Source: Actinomycetes bacterium
GTDB taxonomy: Bacteria > Actinomycetota > CALGFH01
Length of the DNA stretch: 64,000 nucleotides
Reading direction: 5' to 3'
Assembly: GCA_036003705.1 (NCBI GenBank)
Contig: DASYSE010000066.1
Coordinates: 5,901-69,900, forward strand
The notes under the pieces were generated by a model. That model did not search any database and was not told the origin of the DNA. It saw only the letters and a list, made by a program, of their open reading frames with translations. Shown in pieces: positions 1-9,563 of the stretch. A program made the position numbers and the translations under genes. Each line of letters opens with the position of its first letter. Positions within the stretch are counted from its first letter, which is position 1.

Positions 1-843
1 AGACGCTGCCCCTGGCCGCGACCGTGCGGACCAGCTGGCGGCAGTACAGGACCTCGCCGGTCCCGGCGTCGACCACCACCCGGTACTGGGCGGCGTAGCC
101 GGGCATGGTCAGGATCAGCAGCCAGCCGAGGCGGAGGTCGTCGACGTCCAGCGGGAACCAGGTGAGGCTGGCCCGGATGTCCTCGGCGAACGGCCCCGGG
201 GCGAGCACGGTCGGGCGCTCCGGCCGGTCGGGGAAGGTGGCCGTGACCCGGATGACGAAACCGTCGAGGCGCACCCCGGGAAGCTCCAGCGGTTCGCCGA
301 ACGGGTCGGTCGCCTCCCGCTCGTCCCGGTCGGGTTCGGAGACGTGCTCGGCCGCCCGCAGCACCGCCTCCTCGACCGACAGCCGGGGCGCCACCTCGAG
401 CTCGCGGGTGACGGCGACGGCGCGGCCGACCGTCTGCTCCAGCCGTCCGTCGGGATCGAAGCGGACCGCCTGGGCGGCCTGGAAGATCGGGATGCCCTTG
501 TAGCGCTGCTGGGCGTGGACGGTGACCGCGTCGGCGCTGGTGTGCTGCTCGCTCGGGTCGACCACGTACTCGGTCGGCTGGGTCGCCTCCAGGCCGAGGG
601 CCGGCCCGGCGGCCTGGAGATGGTCAAGGGCGCGCTGGATGTAGTTGCCCCGCTCGGCCGGGGCCGCCTGCGACACGACCGCGGCCGGGTTGCCGGTGGT
701 GCCGTCGATGGCGGCGACCTCCAGGCGTTGGGCGCCAGGGAGCCGGTCGGAGACCTCGGCGGCCAGCTCGCGCAGGCGCGCCTCCCGCTCCGCGGTCACC
801 ACGCCGGTCCGGCGGCGGCGTCGATCGACTTCGCGACTCATGG
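1..843 (-). CDS. M4-family (thermolysin-like) metallopeptidase, N-terminal pro-region only; gene runs off the window start
   Basis: Reverse-strand translation from the ATG at 843..841 gives MSREVDRRRR..., with an FTP-like motif (VHAQQRYKGIPIFQAAQAVRFDPDGRLEQTVG) and a PepSY-like motif (YRVVVDAGTGEVLY). It is open to position 1 with high GC3. The ORF track omitted it because it has no in-window stop. No signal peptide is visible. Confidence 0.5.
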
Positions 844-916
844 GGTCCCTCCCACAGGGGCGGCACGGGCCGGCCCCGGCCCACGTGCGGGCGCCGGGGC
901 CGGCCGCGTGGGTTGG

Positions 917-1684
917 CTACTGCGAATAGGTCATGTAGCGCAGCGGGATGTTGTGCAGCAGCTGCGGCGGCTGCGGCGGGATGCCGAGGAAGGCGGGGTC
1001 GGCGTCGAGGCTGACGTGGTGGGTGGCGAACGCCGCCCACGGCTGGGCCGGGTCGACGATGTCGACGGTCACGTTGGCCTCGATCAGGGCCGGGTTCACG
1101 CCCGGGTTGGGGGCGGTGAACGGGAAGGCCACGAACAACAGCGACGGTGCCGGCGACGGCAGGACGCCCTGGACGGTGAAGTCGGGGCCGTTGGACACGG
1201 TGGTCAGGTTCAGCTGCTCGAAGCGGATGCGGATCTCGCGCCCACCGAGCTGGACGGTGGCCGGGATGGCGAAGCCGTTGGCGACGTCGACGGCCGGGTT
1301 GATGAACACCAGGGCGAGGATGACGGCGTCCTCGCCGCCGGCGATGATCCTGCTCGGCTCATACGGCGGCAGGTTGATCGCCTGGATCGGCGAGAAGCTG
1401 AGCACGTCGAGGCCGACGTAGTTGTTGACCGTGACCTCGCCGAGCTCCTGCCCGTTGCCCTGAGCCTGCATGCGCCGCTCGTCCATGGCGGCCAGGTACT
1501 TCTCGACCTTGGCCACGAGCACCTTCTCGTAGCCCTTCCGCCACTCCTCGGCTGCCGCCGGGACCTCGACCGCAGGGGTCATGTCGAGGCTCTGGGCGGT
1601 GGCCGTGGTGACCCGCGATGGCGCCACCTTCCCGTTTTCGGCCTGGGCGGCCCGGAGCGTGAGCTCCTTCTCGGTGACCGTCAT
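917..1684 (-). CDS. hypothetical protein (255 aa), probably co-transcribed with the downstream M4 peptidase
   Basis: ORF 917..1684 has a coherent codon bias and lies 73 bp upstream of the peptidase start. It has no TM segment and a Pro-rich C-terminus. I could not assign a family. Confidence 0.5.
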   Translation of the reverse strand: MTVTEKELTLRAAQAENGKVAPSRVTTATAQSLDMTPAVEVPAAAEEWRKGYEKVLVAKVEKYLAAMDERRMQAQGNGQELGEVTVNNYVGLDVLSFSPIQAINLPPYEPSRIIAGGEDAVILALVFINPAVDVANGFAIPATVQLGGREIRIRFEQLNLTTVSNGPDFTVQGVLPSPAPSLLFVAFPFTAPNPGVNPALIEANVTVDIVDPAQPWAAFATHHVSLDADPAFLGIPPQPPQLLHNIPLRYMTYSQ

Positions 1685-1851
1685 GTCGGCAATCCCCCTT
1701 CTGTGGGTCGCGCGGTGGCTCCCCCCGAGCCACCGGGCCGGCCATGCCTTGCGACCGGCGATGGCCGTAGGTTGCCGGAGCCCGCTTAACCGGCACCGCC
1801 CAGGCGCTTAATCTCGGCCAGCCCGGAATTAAGTCGCGATCAGACCGCGCG

Positions 1852-3881
1852 CTACACCGGCTGGTGCCGGCGGATCTGCCGGGCCAGGGCGACGGTGGCC
1901 GGGTCGGGTTCGACCTGCAGCTCGTCGCGCAGCGCCTCGGTGCAGACCTGGTACTGGCGCAGGGCCAGGTGCGGCTGGCCCTGGCGGCTGAAGCAGCGCA
2001 TCAGCCGGCGGTGGGCGTCCTCCCGGCACGGGTCCCGCTGGACCAGCAGCCGGCCGAGGCTGACGCAGGAGCCGTACTGGTGCTGGCCGAAGTAGAGGCC
2101 GGCGAGCCGGTCCAGGACGTCCAGGTAGGTCAGGAGCAGGTGCTCCCTGGCCAGCACCGGCCAATCCTCGTAGGGGTCGTCGACCAGGAAGTCGCCCTGG
2201 TAGAGGGCGACGGCCAGCTCGTAGTCGGCCACCGCGGCGGGCAGCTCGCCGGCCGTCTCCAGCTCGCGGCCGGCCCGGGCGTGGAGCTCGAACTCGTCGA
2301 CGTCGAGCCAGAGTCGCAGGTTGCGGTCGAGCCGGTAGGCGCCGTCCTCCAGGACGACCACGGGCACCTCGGCGGTGGGCCTCGAGCTCCGCCAGGGACC
2401 TCACGGAACGCCCGGCGCAGCCCGTGGACGGCCACGTTGAGGCTGTTGCGGGCCGCGGCCGGTTCGGCTTCGGGCCAGAACGCCTCCATCAGCTGCTCCC
2501 GCCGCGGCCACGGGTCGCGGTGGGAGACCAGGTACTTGAACAACGACCGCCCGCGGCCGCTCGGCCAGTCGTCGATCGCCACGTCGTCGAGACGCACCTT
2601 GAGCTGGCCGAGCAGGTGGACGGTGAGCACGGGGGCGGCCGGCCGGCCGCCCGCCTGGCGGAGCCCGAGGCCGCCTGCCCGGCCGTTGGGCTGGTGGAGC
2701 TCCAGGCTGCCCGCCTGGTCGAGCCCACGGTCTGGTGCCTCCAGCAGGTCGAGTCCGGCCCGGCCGGCCACGGCCTGGGCGGCGCAGGCCGGGTCGTCCA
2801 GCTGCTGGTAGAGCGGGACCGCCCGCTCGGCGGCGCCCCGGTCCAGCAGGTAGTCGGCCGCCCGGTGCAGGGTGCCCGGGTCCAGCGGCCGGGTCGGGGC
2901 CAGCGCCGCCCGGAGCGCGTCGCGCCAGCCGTTCCGGACCCTCGACCAGCCGTCGGCGAGCGGCTGCAGCCACGGCCCGGGTGGCGGCGGGGTCGAGGCG
3001 CCGAGGACCGCGGCCGACAGCGTCGGGTGGCTGTAGCCGAGCTGGACGGCGAGGGCGAGGGCTCGGTGGCCCTCGGGGCCGGTCGCGGCCAGCCAGTTGG
3101 CGGCCAGCTCGGCCAGCAGCTCCTCGACACCGGCGGCCCGGTCGACCGCCCGCTCGACCGGGGCCGGCCCGAGCGCGGCGGCCGCCCCGCAGACGGCGAC
3201 CAGGTCGGCGGGCCCGCGGCACAGGGCGGCGGCCCGCCTGGCGGCCGCCGGCGGCAGCCGGGGAGCTTCCCGTCCGAGCAGCTCGCTGGCGACCGCCGGG
3301 CGCAGGCGCAGGTCGTCGGCGGTGACCTGGACGGCGCTGGCGGGTAGGGCGCCGGCGGGCAGCCGATGGTGGCTGGTGACGATGCAGGCCCGGTCCTCCT
3401 GCTCGGCCAGCTGGCCGAGCAGGATGCCGAGCAGGGCGGGTCCGGGGCCCTCGGCTCCGGCCGGCGAGCCACCGGTCCGGCCCAGGTGGTGGGTGTCCTC
3501 CAGGACCAGGGCGGTCGGCGGTGGCGCGACCTGCTCCAGCTCGGCGGCCAGCCGGCCGAACCGGAACGGCCAGTCGGCATCCGTCCCCGGCTGGCCGGCG
3601 GGCGGCTCCAAGGTGGAGCGGCCGAACCCCGGGTGGTGACGCCGGACAGCGGCGAGCACCGAATGCAGGAAGGTGCCCGGGTCGCGGTCCTCGGGGCCGA
3701 GCCGGACCCAGATCACCGGCCGCCCCTGGCGCTGGAGGGCTTCGAACAGCCCCTCGGTGAGCAGGTAGCCGGGCGGGGCGGCGAAGGCTGTCAGGCCGCC
3801 GAGGGCGGCCCGGTCGAACGTCCAGTGCCGCGCCGCCGGGTAGGGCGCGACCGGGGCCGCGGACTTGGCGAGAAACGACAT
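1852..3881 (-). pseudogene. SARP-type regulator with an atypical architecture (MalT/LAL-like N-terminal domain, then OmpR-type wHTH, then BTAD), interrupted by a frameshift near 2370-2420
   Basis: ORF 2130..3881 encodes a LAL-like region (LVLEDTHHL...IVTSHHRLP) followed by wHTH (LLGQLKVRLDDVAIDDW...LNVAVHGLRRAF), then drifts into nonsense. The BTAD continues in ORF 1852..2367 (AYRLDRNLRLWLDVDEFE...LLTYLDVLDRLAGLY...ALRQYQVCTEALRDELQVEPDP) in a different frame. The two frames abut within about 40 nt. Confidence 0.55.
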
Positions 3882-4052
3882 GCTCTCCCCTACCGTCGCA
3901 TCCAGGTCACGGTGGTCATCCTCCCACGCCGGACCAGGCGGGGCCGGTGACCTCCGTCACAGGTTGCGGTCGTCACTCGTCACGCGCCCCCGGCGACGGC
4001 CTGGCGGCGGGTCAGGTTCCGAGCCATCCGCCAAGCGTCTCACAGCCGCGGG

Positions 4053-7004
4053 CTACCAGGAGACCAGTTTCCAGATCTCCGGCTCCAGGGTGCCTGGCTC
4101 GCCGACCTCGGCGAAGATCGCCACCGCCTGCTTCAGGTGGTCCATGGCCTCGCCGTGCTGCCCACCCAGGTGCAGCAGGTCGGCCAGGTTGTTGTGCAAC
4201 GCCGCCTCGCGGTGGCGGTCACCCTGCCTGGCGCACAGCTCCAGGGCCGACCGGGTGTACCCGACGGCCCGGTCGATCTCGCCGGTCGCCCGGTGGGCCA
4301 GGGCCAGGTTGTTGAGCGCCGCCACCCGGGCGCTGGGGTCGGGGAGGGTCTCGGCCAGGGCGAGGCTCTGCTCCAGATGCCGGCGGGCGGCGTCGTGGTC
4401 GCCGCGGGAGGCGCCCAGCATCCCCAGCATGCCGTGGGCCCTGGCCAGCGCGTCCGGGTCGCCGGCCTGCCCGGCCAGGTCCAGGGCCTCCCGAGCCAGC
4501 CGGTCGGCGGCATCGTCGCGACCCTGCCGGTGGGCGGCCAGGCTGCGGTCGGCGGCCAGCCCGGCCCGGCGGGCCTGGTCGCCGGTCGTGCCCAACCCGG
4601 CCAGGGCCGCGGCCAGGTGGCGCTCGGCCGCCCCCCAGTCGCCGCGGCGGGCGTGCAGGGCGCCGAGCCTCTGCTCCAGCGCCGGCCGGTCGCCGGCGGA
4701 GGCGGCGCCCGAGGCCGCCGTGTAGGCGGCAAGGGCGGCGTCGTAGTTGCCCAGCAGGGTCTCCAGGTCGCCGATGGCGGCGTGCAGGTCGGCGGCGTCG
4801 GGGTGGCCGAGGCCGACCGCGGCCCGGTAGTGGCCGAGCGCCTCATGGTTGGCGTAGACGGCGCGGGCCTGGTCACCGGCCAGCCGGTGGTAGGCGGCCG
4901 CCTCGACGTCGGCGCCGCCCAGCTCCAGATGCCTGGCGATCGAGGCGGCCGGCGGCTCCAGGGGGCGGCGGCCGCGGGCGCGGGCGGCCAGCGCCTCCCC
5001 CACCCGGCGGTGCAGCAGCCGCCGCCGGGCCAGGCTGGTCTGCTGGTAGACGAGGTCGCGGACCAGCCCGTGGCCGAAGTCGTAGGCGTCGCCGCCGACC
5101 TCGTGGACCAGGCCGTGGCCGGCCAGCTCCTCCAGGGCGGCCACCGCCTCCTCGTCGCTGCGGCCGCTGGCCGCGCGGGCGGTGTCGACGTCGAACGAGC
5201 GGCCGAGCACGGCGGCGGTGGCCAGCACCTGCCTGGCGGCATCGCCCACCCCCCTGACCCGTGCCTGCAGCAGGTCGCGGACCCCGCCGGGCAGCAGCGC
5301 CGGCAGCTCGCCGTCGTCGGCGAGGGCGGCCAGATACTCCAGCACCAGGAACGGCAGGCCCTCGGTCCTCTGGTGCAGCAGCCGAGCCGCCCCGGCGCTG
5401 CCAGGGGCGACCGCGCTGACCAGCTCGGCCACCTCCGTCTCGTCCAGCCGCCGCGGCTTGAGCAGGCTGCCGTGCCCGGCCCGCCTGGCCTCGGCGGCGA
5501 GCCGGCGCAGCCGGGAGTCGGCCGGGACCTGCTCCGAGCGCCAGCAGGCGACCAGCAGCAGCGGGCGGCCCTCCAGCCGGTGGACCAGGTAGGCGAGCAT
5601 GTCGAGGGAGGCCTCGTCGGCCCAGTGCAGGTCGTCCAGGACCAGCAGGCCAGGCACCGGGCCGGCGCAGGCGGCCAGCAGCACCTGGCTGACCCCCTCG
5701 AAGAACTGGCGTCCCGCCGCCGGGCCGTCCAGCGGTCCCGGCTCCGGCAGCCCCGGATGGGTCGCGGCCAGCTCGGGGAGCAGCCGCCCGGCCTCGGCCA
5801 GCCAGTGCCCCCGGACCCCGGCCAGCGACCGACCGTCGGCCAGGACCGCGCGCAGGCCCTCGATGAACGGCCCGTAGGCGACCCCGGTCTCCTCCTCGTA
5901 GCAGCGGCCGCGGACCACCGAGGCGCCCAGCGCCCTGGCGTGGCCGGCGAGCTCGGCGGCCAGGCGGGTCTTGCCGATCCCGGCCTCACCCTCGATCACC
6001 ACCAGCCGCCCGTCCCCGACCACGGCCGCGTAGGCGTCCAGCAGCGCCGCCCACTCTGGCGCCCGGCCGACCAGCGGGACCAGGGCGGGCGGCTCGGCCG
6101 GGGCGGCGGCGGGGACGGCCGCCACCGGGGCCGGCTCGGCCGGGGCCGGGGCCGGGGCGGCGGCGGGGACGCCCGCCACCGGGGCCCGCTCGGCCGGGGC
6201 CGGGACCGGGGCGGGCGGCGGCGGGAGGCGGTTGGCCTGGACCGCCTCGTGCACGGCGGTCGTCTCGTCCAGCGGCTCGACCCCGAGCTCGTCGGCGAGG
6301 ATCCGCTGGCATGCCTGGAACTGGCGCAGCGCGGCCCCTCGCCGGCCGCTCCAGGCGTAGATCCGCATGAGCTGCCGGTGGGCCGGCTCGTGCAGCGGGT
6401 CAAGGGCCAGCCAGCGGCGGGCGGCGTCGACCGCGTCGTCCCACCGGTGCAGGCCGATCTCGGCCATGGCCAGCCGCTCCAGGGTCCCGGCGAGCTGGCG
6501 CCGGAGCCGCTCGGCCTGGAAGTACTGCCAGTCGTCGAAGCTGGTGCTGTCGCGCAGGGCGAAGCCGGCCAGGAAGTCGCCCCGGTGCAGCCGGGCCGCC
6601 TCGCGCAGCGGCTCCACGCAGGCGGGGCAGGCCTCCTGGGGCGGGTGGCCGTGGTCCCGGCAGCCGGCCAGCAGGCCCTCGAACCGCCCGACGTCCAGCC
6701 AGAACCCCGTCTGGGCGAACCCGACGGTGGTCCGGTCGGCGGCCAGCCAGCCCGGCCCGACGGCCTTGTTCAGGGTCGAGAGGGTGCGCCGCAACGCGCC
6801 CCGGGCGTGCTCCTGGTCGTGGTCGGGCCACAGCAGCCCGGCGACCGCGTCCCGTCCGTGCCGCTCGGGGTGCAGCGCCAGGTAGGCCAGCAGCGCGATC
6901 GCCTTGCGGGTGTCGACCTCGATCGGCGCGCCGTCGCGCTCCACCCGCGGCGGCCCGAGCAGCGCGATCCGCAGCTCCGCCATGCACCCCCCTCCTCTCG
7001 CCAC
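4053..7004 (-). CDS. AfsR/SARP-family transcriptional regulator (wHTH-BTAD, NB-ARC/AAA ATPase, C-terminal TPR); start may be the second ATG at 6983
   Basis: 983-aa ORF with LRIALLGPPRVERDG...LLAYLAL (wHTH), a BTAD, Walker A GEAGIGKT, and TPR-like repeats at the C-terminus (NNLALAH, NNLADLL). A Pro/Ala-rich linker is encoded by imperfect tandem repeats. Confidence 0.85.
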   Translation of the reverse strand: MARGGGCMAELRIALLGPPRVERDGAPIEVDTRKAIALLAYLALHPERHGRDAVAGLLWPDHDQEHARGALRRTLSTLNKAVGPGWLAADRTTVGFAQTGFWLDVGRFEGLLAGCRDHGHPPQEACPACVEPLREAARLHRGDFLAGFALRDSTSFDDWQYFQAERLRRQLAGTLERLAMAEIGLHRWDDAVDAARRWLALDPLHEPAHRQLMRIYAWSGRRGAALRQFQACQRILADELGVEPLDETTAVHEAVQANRLPPPPAPVPAPAERAPVAGVPAAAPAPAPAEPAPVAAVPAAAPAEPPALVPLVGRAPEWAALLDAYAAVVGDGRLVVIEGEAGIGKTRLAAELAGHARALGASVVRGRCYEEETGVAYGPFIEGLRAVLADGRSLAGVRGHWLAEAGRLLPELAATHPGLPEPGPLDGPAAGRQFFEGVSQVLLAACAGPVPGLLVLDDLHWADEASLDMLAYLVHRLEGRPLLLVACWRSEQVPADSRLRRLAAEARRAGHGSLLKPRRLDETEVAELVSAVAPGSAGAARLLHQRTEGLPFLVLEYLAALADDGELPALLPGGVRDLLQARVRGVGDAARQVLATAAVLGRSFDVDTARAASGRSDEEAVAALEELAGHGLVHEVGGDAYDFGHGLVRDLVYQQTSLARRRLLHRRVGEALAARARGRRPLEPPAASIARHLELGGADVEAAAYHRLAGDQARAVYANHEALGHYRAAVGLGHPDAADLHAAIGDLETLLGNYDAALAAYTAASGAASAGDRPALEQRLGALHARRGDWGAAERHLAAALAGLGTTGDQARRAGLAADRSLAAHRQGRDDAADRLAREALDLAGQAGDPDALARAHGMLGMLGASRGDHDAARRHLEQSLALAETLPDPSARVAALNNLALAHRATGEIDRAVGYTRSALELCARQGDRHREAALHNNLADLLHLGGQHGEAMDHLKQAVAIFAEVGEPGTLEPEIWKLVSW
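6091..6228. repeat. Imperfect tandem repeat (~42-54 bp ×3) inside the AfsR-like gene, encoding the PAPAPAEPAPVA linker
   Basis: ggctcggccggggc...ggggacgcccgccaccgggg occurs three times in a row. The protein has APAERAPVAGVPAAAPAPAPAEPAPVAAVPAAAPAEPPA. Confidence 0.7.
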
Positions 7005-7196
7005 TCTCCGCCGTCAGCATGGCACGAGCCGGCGGGATCCGTAACGATCCCGGCAGGTCGCCGGGGACAGTTCCGCGCGGATGGCGGACCAGGTCGTGGC
7101 GAGGAGCTGCGGATGGGGCCGAATTTCCCGGCCCGTGACGGGAACCGTAACGATACCGGAGCGGTGGGACGGTACAACCGCTTCCGAGGAGGTGCC

Positions 7197-8822
7197 ATGA
7201 CCACGATCCCGAGCAACCTGCGGCGGGTCCTGCGGCGCGAGCCGCGGGTCCGGCCGGCACTCTCGCCGCTGGCCGCCCCGCCCGAGCGGGTGGAGGCGCC
7301 GCCGGTCGAGATCGCGCCCAACGACCCGCTGGTCGCCTACTTCTCGGGCGCCACCGGGGCGGTCGACATCGGCGCGTTGCAGCTGGACTCGCCGGCCCTT
7401 GCCGGCCTGCGCGAGGCCGGCGTCAAGCTGGTCGTCCCCCTGGTCAGCCAGGGCGAGCTGATCGGCCTGCTCAACCTGGGCCCGCGGCGCAGCGAGCAGG
7501 AGTACTCGGCCGACGACCGCAAGCTGCTCAACGACCTGGCCGGCCACGCCGCCCCGGCCGTGCGGGTCGCCCAGCTGGTACGCGAGCAGGAGGCCGAGGT
7601 CCGCCAGCGCGAGCGGATCGAGCAGGAGCTGCGGGTCGCCCAGCTCATCCAGCAGCAGTTCCTGCCCCACGAGCTGCCCGACCTGCCCGGCTGGCAGGTC
7701 GGCGCCTACTACGGGCCGGCGCGCGAGGTCGGCGGCGACTTCTACGACTTCATCCGCCTGCCCGACGACCAGATCGGCATCGTGGTCGGTGACGTCACCG
7801 ACAAGGGCGTCCCGGCGGCGCTGGTCATGGCCACCACCCACTCGATCCTGCGGGCCGAGGCGCCCCGCCTGGTCGCGCCCAGCGAGGTCCTGACAAGGGT
7901 CAACGAGCTGCTGGTGGACGAGATGCCGGCCCACATGTTCGTGACCTGCCTGTACGCGGTGCTCGACCCCTCCAGTGGCCGGCTGCGCTACGCCAACGCC
8001 GGCCACAACGTGCCCTACGTCGGCGCCGGTGGGCGGGTCACCGAGCTGCGGGCCACCGGGATGCCACTCGGTCTGCTGCCCGGGATGGAGTACGAGGAGA
8101 AGGCGGCCACCCTGGCGCCCGGCGACACCGTGCTGCTGCACTCCGACGGGCTGGCCGAGGCCCACGACCCGGACCGCCAGATGTTCGGCTTCCCGCGGGT
8201 CGCCGCCCTGGTTGGCGACGCCCCCGACGGCGAGGTGCTGATCGACCGGCTGCTGAAGGAGCTGGAGGAGTTCACCGGTGCCGGCTGGGAGCAGGAGGAC
8301 GACATCACCCTGGTCACGCTGGAACGTCGGGCGTCGAGCTCCGCCGGGCAGGCGGCCGGCCCGCCGGCAGGGCGGCTGCTGGCCTCCTTCGAGCTGCCCA
8401 GCGAGCCGGGCAACGAGCGCCTGGCGATCGACGGGGTGGCTGAGGCGATCGCCGGGCTCGGACTGCAGGGCGCGCGGCTGGAGCGGCTCAAGACCGCGGT
8501 CGGCGAGGCGACCATGAACGCCATCGAGCACGGCAACGGCAACCGGCCGGAGCTGGCGGTGGAGGTCAGTGTCGTCGCCGACGACGACGACGTCACGGTG
8601 CGCATCACCGACCAGGGCGGTGAACGGCCGATCCCGGAGGTCGAGGCTCCCGACCTGGAGGCCAAGCTGGCCGGCCTGCAGACCCCGCGGGGCTGGGGCC
8701 TGTTCCTGATCCAGAACATGGTCGACGCCTTGCGCACCGCGGTTGACGAGCACCACCACACCATCGAGCTGGTCATGCACCTGAAGGAGGCGCCAGATGC
8801 CCGGAACCAAGTTCAGGGCTGA
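7197..8822 (+). CDS. GAF-PP2C(SpoIIE)-HATPase fusion protein (RsbU-like phosphatase fused to an RsbW-like anti-sigma/kinase domain)
   Basis: The ATG at 7197 is preceded by GAGGAGG. An N-terminal GAF is followed by a PP2C signature (GDFYDF...VVGDVTDKGVPAAL...HSDGL) and a C-terminal HATPase_c (NAIEHGNGN...WGLFLI). The upstream 5' part of ORF 4137..8822 is non-coding read-through. Confidence 0.85.
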   Translation: MTTIPSNLRRVLRREPRVRPALSPLAAPPERVEAPPVEIAPNDPLVAYFSGATGAVDIGALQLDSPALAGLREAGVKLVVPLVSQGELIGLLNLGPRRSEQEYSADDRKLLNDLAGHAAPAVRVAQLVREQEAEVRQRERIEQELRVAQLIQQQFLPHELPDLPGWQVGAYYGPAREVGGDFYDFIRLPDDQIGIVVGDVTDKGVPAALVMATTHSILRAEAPRLVAPSEVLTRVNELLVDEMPAHMFVTCLYAVLDPSSGRLRYANAGHNVPYVGAGGRVTELRATGMPLGLLPGMEYEEKAATLAPGDTVLLHSDGLAEAHDPDRQMFGFPRVAALVGDAPDGEVLIDRLLKELEEFTGAGWEQEDDITLVTLERRASSSAGQAAGPPAGRLLASFELPSEPGNERLAIDGVAEAIAGLGLQGARLERLKTAVGEATMNAIEHGNGNRPELAVEVSVVADDDDVTVRITDQGGERPIPEVEAPDLEAKLAGLQTPRGWGLFLIQNMVDALRTAVDEHHHTIELVMHLKEAPDARNQVQG

Positions 8823-9156
8823 GGTCCGGCAGCACGATCGCACCGGGGTCATCGACCTCCACGGGGAGATCAACCTCGGCGCCGACCAGGCCCTCGGCGC
8901 CGCCTACGAGCAGGCGGTACGGGACGACCCCAGGACGATCGTGCTGAACTTCGCCCGGGTCGACTACATCAACTCGACCGGGATCGCCCTGATCGTGGGC
9001 GTGCTGGCGAGGGCCCGCAAGGAACACCGGGCGGTCAGCGCGTTCGGGCTCAGCGAGCACTACCGGGAGATCTTCGCCATCACCCGCCTGAGCGACTTCA
9101 TGGGCATCTACCCCGACGAGCACAGCGCGCTGACCGCCACCGCCGCCGCCACCTGA
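8797..9156 (+). CDS. STAS-domain anti-sigma-factor antagonist
   Basis: 119 aa with the typical SpoIIAA-like pattern (VIDLHGEINLGADQAL...YINSTGIALIVG). It overlaps the 3' end of the upstream gene. Confidence 0.8.
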   Translation: MPGTKFRAEVRQHDRTGVIDLHGEINLGADQALGAAYEQAVRDDPRTIVLNFARVDYINSTGIALIVGVLARARKEHRAVSAFGLSEHYREIFAITRLSDFMGIYPDEHSALTATAAAT

Positions 9157-9187
9157 ACCGCCGGTCCAACCAGAAGGAGCGCGAGCC

Positions 9188-9547
9188 ATGCCCGAGGGCA
9201 GCCTCAGCACCGAGATCCGGGAACTGTCGAGCCGGGCCAGCGTGATCGACCTCAAGGGCGACGTCACCGCCTCGGCCGAGCAGGCCCTGGCCGACGCCTA
9301 CACCAGGGCCAGCGGCAAGTTCACCCGCACCATCGTGCTGAACTTCACCGGTCTCGAGTACATGAACAGTGGCGGCATCGGGATGCTGGTGACGCTGCTG
9401 GTCCGGGCCAACCGGCAGCGCCAGCGGCTGATCGCCTACGGGCTGAACGAGCACTACCGGCAGATCTTCGAGCTGACCCGCCTTGACGAGGCGATCGGCA
9501 TCCACGCCAGCGAGGCCGAGGCGTTCGCCGAGGCCGATGCGCAGTGA
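9188..9547 (+). CDS. STAS-domain anti-sigma-factor antagonist (second paralog)
   Basis: 119 aa, paralogous to the previous gene (VIDLKGDVTASAEQAL...YMNSGGIGMLV). Confidence 0.8.
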   Translation: MPEGSLSTEIRELSSRASVIDLKGDVTASAEQALADAYTRASGKFTRTIVLNFTGLEYMNSGGIGMLVTLLVRANRQRQRLIAYGLNEHYRQIFELTRLDEAIGIHASEAEAFAEADAQ

Positions 9548-9563
9548 CCGGAGGAGCACCGTC

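Noticed and set aside
344-1789. 481-aa plus-strand ORF overlapping the M4 peptidase and the 255-aa gene
   Set aside because: Its composition (Gly/Arg/Asp-rich, GC at codon position 1/2) is typical of an antisense shadow ORF in high-GC DNA. The opposite-strand frames have the expected GC3 bias and recognisable motifs.
2401-3580. Overlapping ORFs 2401..3222, 2424..3347, 2489..3580 and 2735..3325 (Arg/Pro/Gly-rich)
   Set aside because: These are alternative frames of the SARP-like pseudogene region. Their extreme Arg/Pro/Gly composition marks them as non-coding frames.
4137-7196. Upstream 5' part (codons 1-1020) of the 1561-aa plus-strand ORF 4137..8822
   Set aside because: It is antisense to the well-supported AfsR-like gene. 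The real plus-strand gene starts at the ATG at 7197 with an RBS, and only the last 541 codons carry GAF/PP2C/HATPase motifs.
7014-8873. 619-aa minus-strand ORF
   Set aside because: It is antisense to the GAF-PP2C-HATPase gene and its translation is low-complexity.
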